Under the pieces are notes generated by a model, which ran no database searches, had not been told where the DNA came from, and was given only the letters and a program-made list of their open reading frames with translations. Shown here one piece after another: positions 11,420 through 23,945 of a DNA stretch of 64,000 nucleotides. Each line of letters opens with the position of its first letter. Within the stretch, counting starts at the first letter, position 1. The position numbers and the translations under genes are program-made. This DNA comes from Octopus sinensis. Its lineage: Eukaryota. The stretch spans positions 40,920,001-40,984,000 of the forward strand of contig NC_043003.1 in NCBI RefSeq assembly GCF_006345805.1. Direction: 5' to 3'.

Positions 11420-12411
11420 TATACTAGTAGGGCCCGTTGAAATTCCACAAGAAAAAAGATTATAAGAAGCTATTTAAGAACGAAAATATGATTTACGTTT
11501 TAATTCTTATTTTGCTAAGTTATTTCACTTCCAGTCACAATAATATATTATTTGCTTTTAAAATTTCCCTCTGCTAAGCACTTTACATTTCCCACTTTCG
11601 CTGTATCTCTTCAACAAACTTTTGAACCGTATGCTTCCCCTCTTCCTGTCTTTAGCATTTCTGTCCTTCTCTTCACCTATCGCTTTCATTAACTACATGA
11701 GTGACAGAATAATGCATCGGCTGGCTATCTTCTCTTTCACTCATCCTCAGAGTTCCTCTTCCTCTCTTTCACTCCGTCTCCTCCTTATCTCTAACAAACT
11801 AAAGCGTAAAGTGCGAACGATCAGGTAGAAGAATAATATAGATTTAGTTCAATAAAAAAAAGTTTTCACCATCAACACCAACATCATTGCCATTATAGTC
11901 TTCAGCTACAAAGTTAATTTCATTTCATTTTAGTCCAGCCGTTTATTTATATATACTTCTTCTTGTTGTCGATGTATATCTAGTAAAATAATACAAACGC
12001 TATCTACCTCTCTCTCTCTCTTTCTCTCTCTTAATGTAATTGCCTCCCCTGTCCATCACTCTTTATCTGTCTTTCTTTAACCGCACCATCAGAACATTAC
12101 CCACTGCTAAATATTGTATCCTAAACATATCTCTTTCTCTTTACCTCCAAACCCAACAGTACGTCGTTAACATTCTTTTCTCCCTCTTTTCTCTCACTAT
12201 CTTTTTCTATCGCTCTTCGCCTCTCCCTTCAACTAACCACGTGACGCATTTGGCCTTCTTATACACCTTTCCCTACTTCTTCCTCACTTCTTTCTTCTCT
12301 ATTCATTCTCCTCCCCATTCTCAATTTTACCCCCACCTCACACTCACTCCTCCGCCACCTCTCTAACCAAAGTATAAAGAATAAGCAGATTAATATACAG
12401 ATATTAGGAAT

Positions 12412-12600
12412 AAGGCGGCGATCTGGTAGAGTTATTAGTACGCCGGGTAAAATGCTCAGTAACATTTCGTCCGTCTTTACGTTCTGTGTTCAAATTCTAC
12501 CGAGGTCGACATTGCAAGTCATCCATTCGAAGTCGATAAAATAAGTACCAGTTGAACCAAAAAAAAAAGAAATTGCTGGCTCTGTGCCAAAGTTTGATAC
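12412..12600 (+). mobile_element. SINE family B
   Basis: AAGGCGGCGA.CTGG.AGA head, GTTCAAATTC B-box, GTCGATAAAATAAGTACCAG domain. Confidence 0.8.
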
Positions 12601-12650
12601 CAATATATGAATATATATATTTGGAATAAATAAATATATATGTCTATGAG

Positions 12651-12818
12651 TACAGGTATGGCTGCGTGGTAAGGAGCTTCCTCTTCAACCACCTGGTTGC
12701 GGGCTCAGTGTCGCTGCGTGGCATCTTGGCCAAGTGTCTTCTACTATAGTCTCGGGCCGACCAAATCCTTGTGGATGGATTTGGTAGACCGAAACCAAAA
12801 GCTCCTGTCTTATATATT

Positions 12819-12854
<36 letters not shown>

Positions 12855-13060
12855 TATCTGTGTATGTCCCGATTACCGCTTCGCAACCGGTGTCGCTGCG
12901 TTTATACCCCCGTAACTTATCAGTTCGGAAAAGCAACCGATAGAATAAGTACCAAGCTTAAAAAATAAGTCCTGGGGTCGATTTGTTCGACTAAAACCGT
13001 TCAATCCATTGCTCCAGCATGACCGCAGTCAAAGTGATTTAAACAAGCAAAGGGATAAAA
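12651..13060 (+). mobile_element. SINE family A
   Basis: Colinear with 8721-9118. Confidence 0.85.
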
Positions 13061-13508
13061 AATATATGTGCCTGTGTGTATTTGTGCGCTAGCGTTTTTC
13101 TGAGTGTGCATGTCTGTAAGTGTATATCTGTGTGATTGTAGATATATTAATCTATATCTACAATTCTTCAAAAAGCTATTGCGGCTAAGTTCAAACCATA
13201 ACATCTTTCCTAAATGTGAAAAAAGAAGAGACATATAAAATCATCCGTTCTACAGGGCCTTATTTACCTTTGGAAATTTACGACTAATCTATAGATCGTT
13301 AGATTTATATCACAGAATAACGAAACTGTGAAATATTATCTTTCATTGAAATAACGTTTAAAAATTATAGCTGGCATTTTGTAGTTTCACTTTAATATAA
13401 TGCGAAACATAATGATAAATGATGGGTTAATTCATGGTGAAACAGTAGCACTATAATCTAAAACAATCATTAGTCTCATGTATCTTATATTGATAGGAGC
13501 TTCTGTTT

Positions 13509-13580
13509 AGCAGAGTGGCGCAGTGGAAGCGTGCTGGGCCCATAACCCAGAGGTCCGTAGATCGAAACAACGCTCTGCTA
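13509..13580 (+). tRNA. tRNA-iMet-CAT: Initiator tRNA-Met (CAT) with one T-stem mismatch
   Basis: Identical to 10504-10575 except CAACG for CTACG in the T-stem. T6 terminator at 13588-13593. Confidence 0.92.
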
Positions 13581-13749
13581 TTGCATATTTTTTAATATCT
13601 GCTAATCAACAGCTTCTTATTGATATACGCTCATACAATGCATGTAGGGTTACAAAAAGCAAAATATATTTTAACAGTGATCTAATAGTATTTGACATAC
13701 CATTAGTTCATTTCACAAAAGGCGTTATTTATAGAACAATAGTCTATTC

Positions 13750-14163
13750 GGATCTTTTCGGTTTGAACGGCAGTTTTTAACTTAATTTCTAGGTAACTGA
13801 AAAATTTTAAACTTCGTATACTGGTAGAATGTGTTTATAAAACATCTTTTTCTCTTGGCTTTATTGAGAAAATTCTATAGTTTGTAAAATATTTGTTGTT
13901 TTTTTTCTTCAATTTCTGCAATATTAACCAATCACTGACGTCTATTGAGTAAAAACAAACATTCTGTGCCGTATGAATATGTCCCTCGTTTAAGAAAGAG
14001 ATTGGGTGTATTTACATTTCTGAAGAAAAAAAAGATACCCTTCTCCCCACCCCTAACCCTAAAACAGATTGAAATACAATAGATCAATACTAGGGTCATA
14101 ATTATGGGTGACAATTTCATATGACACCGCTAGAAAAAACTGCCGTTCAAACCGAAAAGATCC
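13750..14163 (+). mobile_element. Merlin-type MITE, copy 2
   Basis: Same TIRs and body as 9948-10369, with a different 8-bp TSD GTCTATTC (13742-13749, 14164-14171). Confidence 0.85.
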
Positions 14164-14734
14164 GTCTATTCTACAAAGATTGTGATGAAGACGATTTGTT
14201 ATCAGTACTGTAATTTAAAGAAAACATCATTTCGATAAAAATGACTCTGCTCTAAGCAGTATCAGTTATTTTGTGGGGCGTTTTAAGCAGGCGTAGAAAG
14301 CCATCTTTGTACAAACATCATTATTTTATTACTGAACTTTAGGATTATCGTAGCATTTAAGCAGATGAAGACGCATATCCTGCGCCATGAACTACAACCA
14401 TCTACGAACACTTTGGTACTTATTCAGAGGCTAACTATAACAATACTGTGATACCTTTTTTTATAGTTAGAATAGATTTCTATTGATGAAATATATCATG
14501 AATACAACGGCAGCACACACCAATCCAGCTTTCAAGCCTGCATAACGCAGCAGCTAGCCATTCAACAAGCCTGTCAGCATGCGAGGCAGGCAGGTTGGCA
14601 GGCAGACATGTAGGTAGGCAGGCAGTCACGCAACCAGACAATCAATCAGCCATTCACCCCACCAGGGCTGCAACGACCGCCCGGCAGCAATCTAGTCAGC
14701 CTGCCATATTGGGAGATAGAATGGGATCTTCATA

Positions 14735-16212
14735 GAGTTATGGCAAATGATTTTGGCAAACACAGTGTTTTTGCTATTTCATGTGAAATAACATGTGAAT
14801 GTTAATAATTTAATATTATTTTAACAGGTTATCTGTTATCCAATAACATTTGAAAAAAAAAACAACAAAAACTGTTAAAAACCAATGGATATTGAAAATA
14901 ATCATTAGTTTGCGGAATTGGTTATATTTTCTATAATTGGAAATCACATTCCTCTTCGTGATTTCAAGTTGGAATTGCATGCAAACTAATAATTAATAAC
15001 CAGAACAGTAAGTAAAGTTACGTACGATGTCATGAGCCTTTTATGAGTGATTTTTACTTTTTCTCACAAAAACTTCAAATTTTCTTTTCTTTTATTGTTG
15101 GGATGTTATTAGCACAAGAAAATCACCAGTCAATAATTTATTTCCACCAAAATGGGCTAACAGCACAGGATATTGTTGCTAAAGGCATTGCACCTGAAAG
15201 AACTAGGTACAGGATTATAAAACTTTCAAAGAGATAGGATCCATGACGGTGAAGAAGTCCCCTAGTCGTCAACATCTTTCCTCTGACCGCCAAGACAAGG
15301 CTTTGGTGAGAAATTCATTGAGGAATCAAAGTGCCGGCAGCAAACATTTGGAATCAGCCTGTATCAGAGCTTCAGCTCGGACTGTTCGACGACGACTTCT
15401 TGACAATGGTCTCACTTCACAGAGTGCTGCAAAGAAACATTTTTTGTCCATGAAAAACGTGAAGGACAGGTTTTGCAGAAAATATAAAAATTAGTCTGGT
15501 GAACAATGGGAGAAAGCGATTTTTTTCTGATGAAGCAACATTTCAGAGGTTTGGGACATCTTGAAAAAGGCTCGTCAGAAGGCGACAAAGCTGAACACTA
15601 TGATGAGGCCTGTATCATACCCACGGTCAAGCATCCAGAAACCCTTCATGTGTGGTGTTGGATCAGTGTCAGCTTTGCCGAATAACACTTCTATAAATTC
15701 CACTTGGTACTAAAATATCTTTGAAAACCATCTGCTTGCAGCCATTGAGAGGCAGTTTGGCGAAGAAACTTGCATATTCTAACAAGATAGAATATCTCGC
15801 CACACTGCTAATAAGTGTTAGAAATATCTTCGAGATAAACGTATTGAAATTTTGTGACCATTCTTAAAATCCGAGTTGATAGAGAAAAGCCAACAAATAT
15901 TAAACATTTGAAAGCTCCCGTACAATAAAAATGGAGGTCTGTAAACATAAAACTGACTAAATCCTTGGTTTCCATCATGCCTAGACGAATCATGGACGTC
16001 TCGAAAAATAGGGATCGCCACTGCAAATGCTGAGAGGAATTGGAATAACTGTGTATCACACCTTATTATTGTACATATGGTTCAAGTGTGTTATTATTCT
16101 TCGTTAATATGCTCGTGTATGCTTAAACAAATCAACCTTTTGTCTTAGATAGGCATGTTTATATATATTTGGTGCAAAATAACGCTTTTGCCAAAATCAT
16201 TGGCCACGACTG
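14735..16212 (+). mobile_element. Tc1-family DNA transposon with decayed transposase
   Basis: TA-flanked TIRs (CAGTCGTGGCCAATGATTTTGGCAAA, left copy diverged). Remnants SARTVRRRLLDNGL, WEKAIFSDE and PTVKHPETLHVW with stops and frameshifts. Confidence 0.85.
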
Positions 16213-16789
16213 TAGGTCTGTCGAGCAAATTTTGGCCCTGCTTCAGCTGGTGAGGTTAAGAGTTTGATGGTGAAAGGGATGGACCTTTACGTCACCATTA
16301 CTCCCAGGTCCGGTCTCCGTAGGATGCTTGTTAGCAAGGAAATACTGTAAAGTACGATTAAGTGGATAAAGAAAAAAGACGCATATAGTAAAACGAAGTT
16401 TTGACCTACGGAGATTAACGTTTATGGACCAACATAATTCCACTTTAGCATTCTGTTAACATCGGGTTAGTCGCAGAATTTGATATTCGATAGTGGCATA
16501 ATTTAAAATACACACACACACAAACACACACATACACACACACATACGCACACACACACAAACACACACTTACACACACACTTACACACACATGCACACA
16601 CACAAACGCTCACAAACGTATATGATGACTGCTCCGTCTTCTAGGATATTTTCTGTCTCCTTGCATTTCTTTGTTATAAATACCATTTCTGATCATCCGT
16701 CCGTGACTCTTCAGATGACTATTCGCTCTCACTGCATACCTTTATGGTTTAAAGCATAGGTGACAGACGAAAGTTCTCCAGCTGATTTG

Positions 16790-17020
16790 GTCCTTGTGAT
16801 GGGAAAACTTAACAACAACGTTAGCCTATGACACATGCGGCCCATGTGTAGACTTTTAACTGTGCGCTTAAAACTGATTCGTTCTGGACATATTTCTACT
16901 CTTTCATCGCCACAGGAGTTTCCGTAGATGGAATGATAAATGAGGTCATCATAGAATCATAGAGACATCTGCACATCGTTGGACTATGGTGATAAACATT
17001 TGTGTAACACCAGTACCACC
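16790..17020 (+). pseudogene. Possible LINE (RTE-type) APE endonuclease remnant
   Basis: DLVLVMGKLNNNV resembles the APE motif IVMGDFNAKV. Heavily decayed. Confidence 0.35.
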
Positions 17021-18225
17021 CTCTAAGTGTCCGTGATTAGTTTATGCACACACACACATTCAACAGCATACACATATACAGACATTGTTGAAATAATAAG
17101 AATTTAGAAACTGCGGAAGATATGAATTAAATCGACGTTTTGGTATTTAATTTTGAACGGTGGAACTCGAATTAGACACTTAAGATATAAAGAGAATAAC
17201 GTGCAAGTACTTAATCACAAAACCCTAAAATGGAAGAAAAAAACATACGCCCCAAAAATAAAGGTATGCGAGTGGGATTCGAATCTTGAATGGTCTAGTA
17301 AACATGGTGGACGCCCAACAATCACACCATAGGAACACTTCGGATTACCATTTTAAAAAGTATCACTTTTACCAGCAATAATTGGCTATTGCCTTCGTCT
17401 TGATCATATAGAAGCTTCGAAAGATACGAAATATTTTCGTGTTCAAAAATGGATCTCGAAGTAGATAAAACTATAAATAACAGCTCATAATTACGAAACC
17501 CTTGGATGGAGAAAAATCATCTGCTATGTTTATAGATATGAGGATTCAACATTTTTCATCCAAGTGAATTAGATATTTTAATATATATACACATACATAC
17601 ATACGCACACATACACACACACACACACACACACCACACACACACACACGTACACACACACATACGTACACACACACACACACACCACACACACATATAT
17701 ATATATATGTACACATGGACCCAGACACACACATACACACACACATAACTACAAACATCTACATACATATTTACATATGCATATAAACGTATACGAATGT
17801 GTATATATGTATATTGGGTATATGTATATACATTCATGAATATACATATATATATATATATACGTATATATTCATCTATCTATATGCAAATATATATACA
17901 TATACACACACATATACACAATACACACATATATATACATACGTACTTACATCCATAAATATGTATATGGCATATATATATATATATACGTATATATGTA
18001 TGTATGTATATTCATACATCATACATATACACACACACATACACACACACATATGAGTGTTCCTGTCTTCATAGATGCGTCCATATTTGTGTTGCGCATT
18101 GGTTTATGCATATATGTGTGTCTCTATTTATGTACGTATGCGTACGTGTGTTGGTGGCAGTGTGAGTGAGAGAGTGAGACAAAGGTAGAGAGACACGGAG
18201 AAAGAGACAGCGGGAGGCGGACGGG

Positions 18226-18259
<34 letters not shown>

Positions 18260-18798
18260 TGTGGTGGAAATAGGAGAATGGGGAAAAACAAAGGAAGAAG
18301 GCTTCGTTATAGATATGATGATTACGTAGTTAGCAACAGATCGAATTTATAGTGAATTGACTGAGGAAGATAGCGTTTTTTTCCTATAGCATCAACTTTA
18401 TTGAAATAACCTTACTGACAAATACGACATAAATCATATATAGTAGTAAAAGACTTCAAAGAACTTACTGTGGCATGTACATAATTCGGTATAGAAAGCC
18501 ACCATTTTATATAGTTATATTCTTGCTGGCCTATCCATAAGATTACACACGCACACGCACACGCACACGCACACACACATATATATATATAAACATAGAC
18601 GCTTGCACATATACTCACGTATCCACATACGTCTTTACCTACACTTTTCTCTTCCGTATTTATGCGTGTATATATTTGTGTATGCAAGTATGAATTGCCA
18701 GGAATACAAAGAATGGCGTCTACATACACGGTGATGATATTACGTGCGCTTGGTTTGGGAAGAAACATCGAACAAAACTCGTAATATATGTGTATATG

Positions 18799-18838
<40 letters not shown>

Positions 18839-19030
18839 TACAGACAGACATATATATATATGCACACACAACAAACGCATCTATTTTTTTTTACTTATAT
18901 ACACACACATGTATATTTATTAGTAGTAATATATAATCAATATATATAATATATAATTTTTAATTTTCTTTCATACACACAAACATACACAACCATACAA
19001 TTACATTTACATAAACATACACACATATAT

Positions 19031-19083
<53 letters not shown>

Positions 19084-19128
19084 CATACATACATACACAC
19101 CACACACACACATATATATATTATATAT

Positions 19129-19189
<61 letters not shown>

Positions 19190-19335
19190 TATACATATAT
19201 ATACATATATATACTATATATATACATATATATAAACATATATATACATATATGTATATATGTATATATATATACATATATATACATACATATATATATA
19301 TATATAATATATATATATGTATATATATACGTATC

Positions 19336-19402
<67 letters not shown>

Positions 19403-19692
19403 CACATATACTTATATAAGTAAACACGTGCTTTCATGTTTTATTGTTTTATGAGAATCAATATATTGTGTAAATATATTCAAAATAATTCATTGAGTAT
19501 TTATGTTAATCTAATCTCTTATAAATCCAAATGCATACTGGGAGTAATAGCGAGAGATAGGCTGACAGAGAGATAGGCTGACAGAGAGGTTGTTACATGT
19601 TTAATAGAATTTGTTTTGTTCTTCTCCGAGTATAACTGTATGTACATGTGTAGTGTCGTAGCTATGTATTGAAAAAAGCTCTGTTTGTAAAC

Positions 19693-20070
19693 GGAAGTGT
19701 GGCTGTGTTGTTAAGAAGTTTGTCTCCCCACCTGTGTAGTCCTGTGTTCAGTCCCACAGCACGGCATTTTTGGCTGGGATTTTGTAGCGGCTGACCACTG
19801 CTTTTTGAGTGGATTTGATAAATAGAAACTGAAAGATGACCGTCTTGTATGTATGTATGCATATGTGTGTGTGTGTGTGTGTGTGTGTGTCTTTCTCTTT
19901 TATGTTGTCCTTCATTGTTTGACAACCAAGGCTGGTGTGGTTACGCCCTCTAATCTAGCGATTCCATATGCAAAGGAGACCGACAGAATAAGCACCAGCC
20001 TTAAAAATAAAGTTGATTTTGTTCGACTAAGTCCAATGAAGTAGTGCCGCAGCATAGCTGCACTCTTATT
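19693..20070 (+). mobile_element. SINE family A, diverged
   Basis: GTGTGGCTGTGTTGTTAAG head; colinear with the other copies. Confidence 0.75.
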
Positions 20071-20091
20071 ATTTAGAAAAGTAAAATATAT

Positions 20092-20503
20092 AGGCGCAGG
20101 AGTGGCTGTGTGGTAAGGAGCCTGCTTACCAACCACATGGTTCCGGGTTCAGTCCCACTCCGTGGCATCTTGGGCAAGTGTCTTCTACTATAGCCTCGGG
20201 CCGACCAAATCCTTGTGAGTGGATTTGGTAGACGAAAACTGAAGGAAGTACGTCTTATATATATGTATATATATGTGTATGTGTATGTTTGTGTGTCCGT
20301 GTTTGTCCCCCTAGCATTGGTTGACAACCGATGCTGGTGTGTTTATGTCCCCGTAACTTAGCGGTTCGGCAAAAGAGACTGATAGAAAAAGTACTAGGCT
20401 TACAAAGAATAAGTCCCGGGGTCGATTTGCTCGACTAAAGGCGGTGCGTCAGCATGGCCGCAGGCAAATGAATGAAAAAAGAAAAAGAGTAAAAGAGTAA
20501 AAG
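20092..20503 (+). mobile_element. SINE family A, near-consensus
   Basis: GGCGCAGGAGTGGCTGTGTGGTAAG head through an (AAAAGAGT)n tail. Confidence 0.9.
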
Positions 20504-22095
20504 ATGTACCTTTTGGACGATGTTTTCTGCAGAAACATGGCGGTGAACAGGCGCATCGGTGAACGAACAAATTCATTAGAGCTTTGGTTAGAAGGCTCCG
20601 TGTATTTTGTGCTCTCAATTTAAATCTCGCCGAGGTCAACTTTGTCTTTCCCCCAATCGGTACCGATGAAACAAAGACCGATCCAGTGCAGTGGAATGGG
20701 AGTACCGTTTGAGCTTTGGCTGAAATGCCTTTCAACACCTCATCCAGCTTATCTTCAGCGTTACTGGTATCAAGCCGTTTCGATCCAGAGCAGCTGTCTT
20801 TCCATTGAATAAAATCCGATTGAGAGGACGAACTTGCAACTGTGTCAACTGCTGCTGTATCTTAAAGTATCTTACATTCTCACGCACACACTCGTATATA
20901 TGAAATCCTCTACATCGTCCGTTAAATGGGGATTATCACTTTGCATTATTTCCTAACTTTCCAAGGTTGGCGGCTCCGGATTGTTTAACACTGCTACATA
21001 TTCAGAGTCACTGCGGCATATCGCATAAGTTTTTTTCAATGAGGGTTATTATCCTCGTAACCATCCATGCATTTTCGTTCATGACTCTATTCCATTTGCT
21101 CTGTTCCTGTAACGAACGTAGTGCCAGCATTTCTGTGAAATGGATTAACATTTGTCGGAAAACTCTCAAATCAAATCCATTAGTAGCCGGTTGAAATATG
21201 TATAATATCGATCATCACCAACAAGTGAATAGTTGTCTTTCGATGGTAATGCATATCAGAATCATGTCTCTCCTACATCCACTTCTCAATATCCCTTATT
21301 CCCAAAAGTTGTCTACAGACCTCGATGGTATGTTACAAGCGTTTCACCAATTAGGAAACGGAAGTTGGCAGAAGAAAAGCTGCATGTTGCCATTCTATTT
21401 TGGAAACATGACGAAATATCACTTAATCTGGACACACCAGAAAAATAACTGTGAGCTAAACAGGAGATAAAAAGTAAGGCAAGAAATTACTCAACATGAT
21501 AAAAGTAAGTTGAGTTTAATTTCTTCTTCTATGACAAATGGCACTAAATTAACAGGCGCTAATTCTATAAAACAAGAATGCATGGCAGAAATGTTGCATA
21601 TGAATAAGCATAATGCTAATGCTTCCTGGATGAAGATACATGAAGAATACGAATACAAATAATATACATATATGCATACTTACATATATGTACATAACCT
21701 AGATATATATGAATATATGCATGCATATATGGATACAGGACGTCAAAAAATGTGAGCAAAATAAACACATAGGCATACAATCCAGGTTTTTGTATGCGTA
21801 TGTTTTTTACCTGTATGTCTACATACATACATACATACATATACATAAGTGTGTATGTGGAGAGGTGTTGACATATTCCCTATTAGACCTCTGTTGATAA
21901 ACTAGAAACTTGCTACATGGAAACAGTTTAACAGCGCTCGGTCGGATTGTCGGCAACTACGTGGGAAGAGATTCATTTTGAACTTATGGAATGACAAAGA
22001 AAAAAACACACATACAAACGAACATATTTATATATGCACCTATATGAATACATGAATACACCTATATATATATATTATTTAATATTATATTATGA

Positions 22096-22394
22096 ACTAG
22101 CAGTATCGACCGGCGTTGCTCGGGTTTGTAAGGGAAATAACTATATAAGCATTTTTAGAGAGTTACTTCCCTTATATAATAGCAAAAAAATGCATTGAAA
22201 ATGGGAAAAATTGATGGTAAATTTTTTTTAATCGTAGACTCATCGTAGACGCACGCTAATACCCAGAAGGGCTCGATATGAATCATGACTATAAGATACC
22301 CGCTTTTGGTTAAACTGCACCGCAAAATGTGGGAGTAGTTAGGAATCTAAATCGTAGGAGACAGACACACAACTTCACTTTTACATATAAAGAT
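22096..22394 (+). mobile_element. Non-autonomous Helitron-like element (Lep1/HINE-type)
   Basis: 5' ACTAGCAGTATCGACCGGCGTTGCTCGGG and 3' GACAGACACACAAC...TATAAAGAT, inserted in AT-rich sequence with no TSD. Confidence 0.6.
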
Positions 22395-22449
22395 ATATAC
22401 GCTATATATATATATATATTATTTAATATTATATTATGAATATATATGT

Positions 22450-22501
<52 letters not shown>

Positions 22502-23003
22502 CACATATATATCAAGAACAATCTTACTTAGAAAGGGATGCGTGCGTTCTGTCATATAATATATTAATAAATAAAACATATGCATATATATATACATATA
22601 TGTACGTATCTACCTCTACATGTATGTATACACGCATATATGAGTACAGGACACCAAAAATCGTCGAACACAATGAGAAACGAAAACATAGACACAAACC
22701 CAAGGAACTGGTCATTTTTCTTAAACAACAAAAAAAAAATAGAGTACAGGACAAATAACACAAGGAAAAAAAACCCTTCTTCAGTCACCATGCTTTCATG
22801 TACTCTACGTTTCGAAGGTGAAGGCGAGACATATCTTCGATAGAAACTTTCCTTCCTGCGAAAAGCAAATCAAATAAAATTTGAGATCTTTTTGCAGAGG
22901 GGTAAAAATTGTAACAAAAACAGGACAGTAACGACAGTACAAAATATAAGCAGTAAAAGACAGGACAAGGAAATGTCCTGTCTTTTAGTGCTTATAGTAT
23001 ACT

Positions 23004-23945
23004 GCTTATTTTATCGATATCGTATGGCGTACCGTTTAGTCATTTTCTCGATCTTGTTTGGCATACCGCCAGGTAACTTTATCTATTATGGTTGGCGAAC
23101 CGCTAGGTCATTTTATCGATCACATTTGGCAAACCGCTAAGTCATTTTATAGATGTCGTTTGGTGTACCGCTAACTCATTTTATCGATCCCGCTTCGCGA
23201 ACCGCTAAGTCATTTTATCGATCACGTTTACCGAAACGCTAAGTCCTTTTACCGATCTATTTTGTCGAACCACTAGGCCATTTTTTCGATCTCGATTGGC
23301 GAACCACCAAGTCATTTTATCAATCTCGTTTGGCGAAACGCTAAGTCATTTTATCGAGCTTGTTTGGCGAACCGCTAAGTCATTTTATCGACCTCATATG
23401 GCGAACCACAAGGTCAATTTATTGATCACGTTTGGCGATCTGCTGTGTCATTTTATCGATCTCGTTTACCGAAATGCTAATTCCTTTTACCGATCCCGTT
23501 TAGCGAACCGCTAAGCAATTTATCGATCTCGACTTGCGAACTGCTGATTCATTTTATCGCTCTGGTATGGCGAACCGCTAGGTCATTTTATCGATCTGGT
23601 TTGTCGAATCACTAGGCCATTTTTTCGATCTCGATTGGTGTACCGCTAAGTCATTTTATCGATTATGGTTGGCGAACCGCTATGTCAATTTATCGATCTC
23701 GTTTGGCGAAAGGCTAATTCATTTTATCGATCTCATTTAGGGACCTCCTAATTCCTTTTCGTCGATTTCGTTAGCCGAACCGTCAAGTCATTTTATCGAT
23801 TTCGTTTGTCGAACATCTAAGTCATTTTATCGATCGCATTTGGCGAATCGCTAAGTCATTTTATCGTTGTCGTTTGACGAACCACTAAGTTATTTTATCG
23901 ATCTCGTTCGGCGAACCACTAGGTCATTTTATCGATCTCGTTTGG
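23004..23945. repeat. 34-bp minisatellite (~27 copies) derived from SINE A
   Basis: Unit CATTTTATCGATCTCGTTTGGCGAACCGCTAAGT matches the SINE A reverse complement TATTCTATCGGTCTCTTTTGCCGAACCGCTAAGT at 29 of 34 positions. Confidence 0.85.

Noticed and set aside
15520-15545. CTGATGA in the Tc1 element (also in the RTE at ~26112 and at ~33774)
   Set aside because: No GAAA half or stems; the Tc1 instance is simply the SDE codons.
21198-21470. Overlapping 71-90 aa ORFs
   Set aside because: No recognisable homology or exon boundaries.
23004-23945. CRISPR-like appearance of the 34-bp array, and of 32583-32690
   Set aside because: Units are contiguous and degenerate with no unique spacers, there are no cas genes, and the context is eukaryotic.
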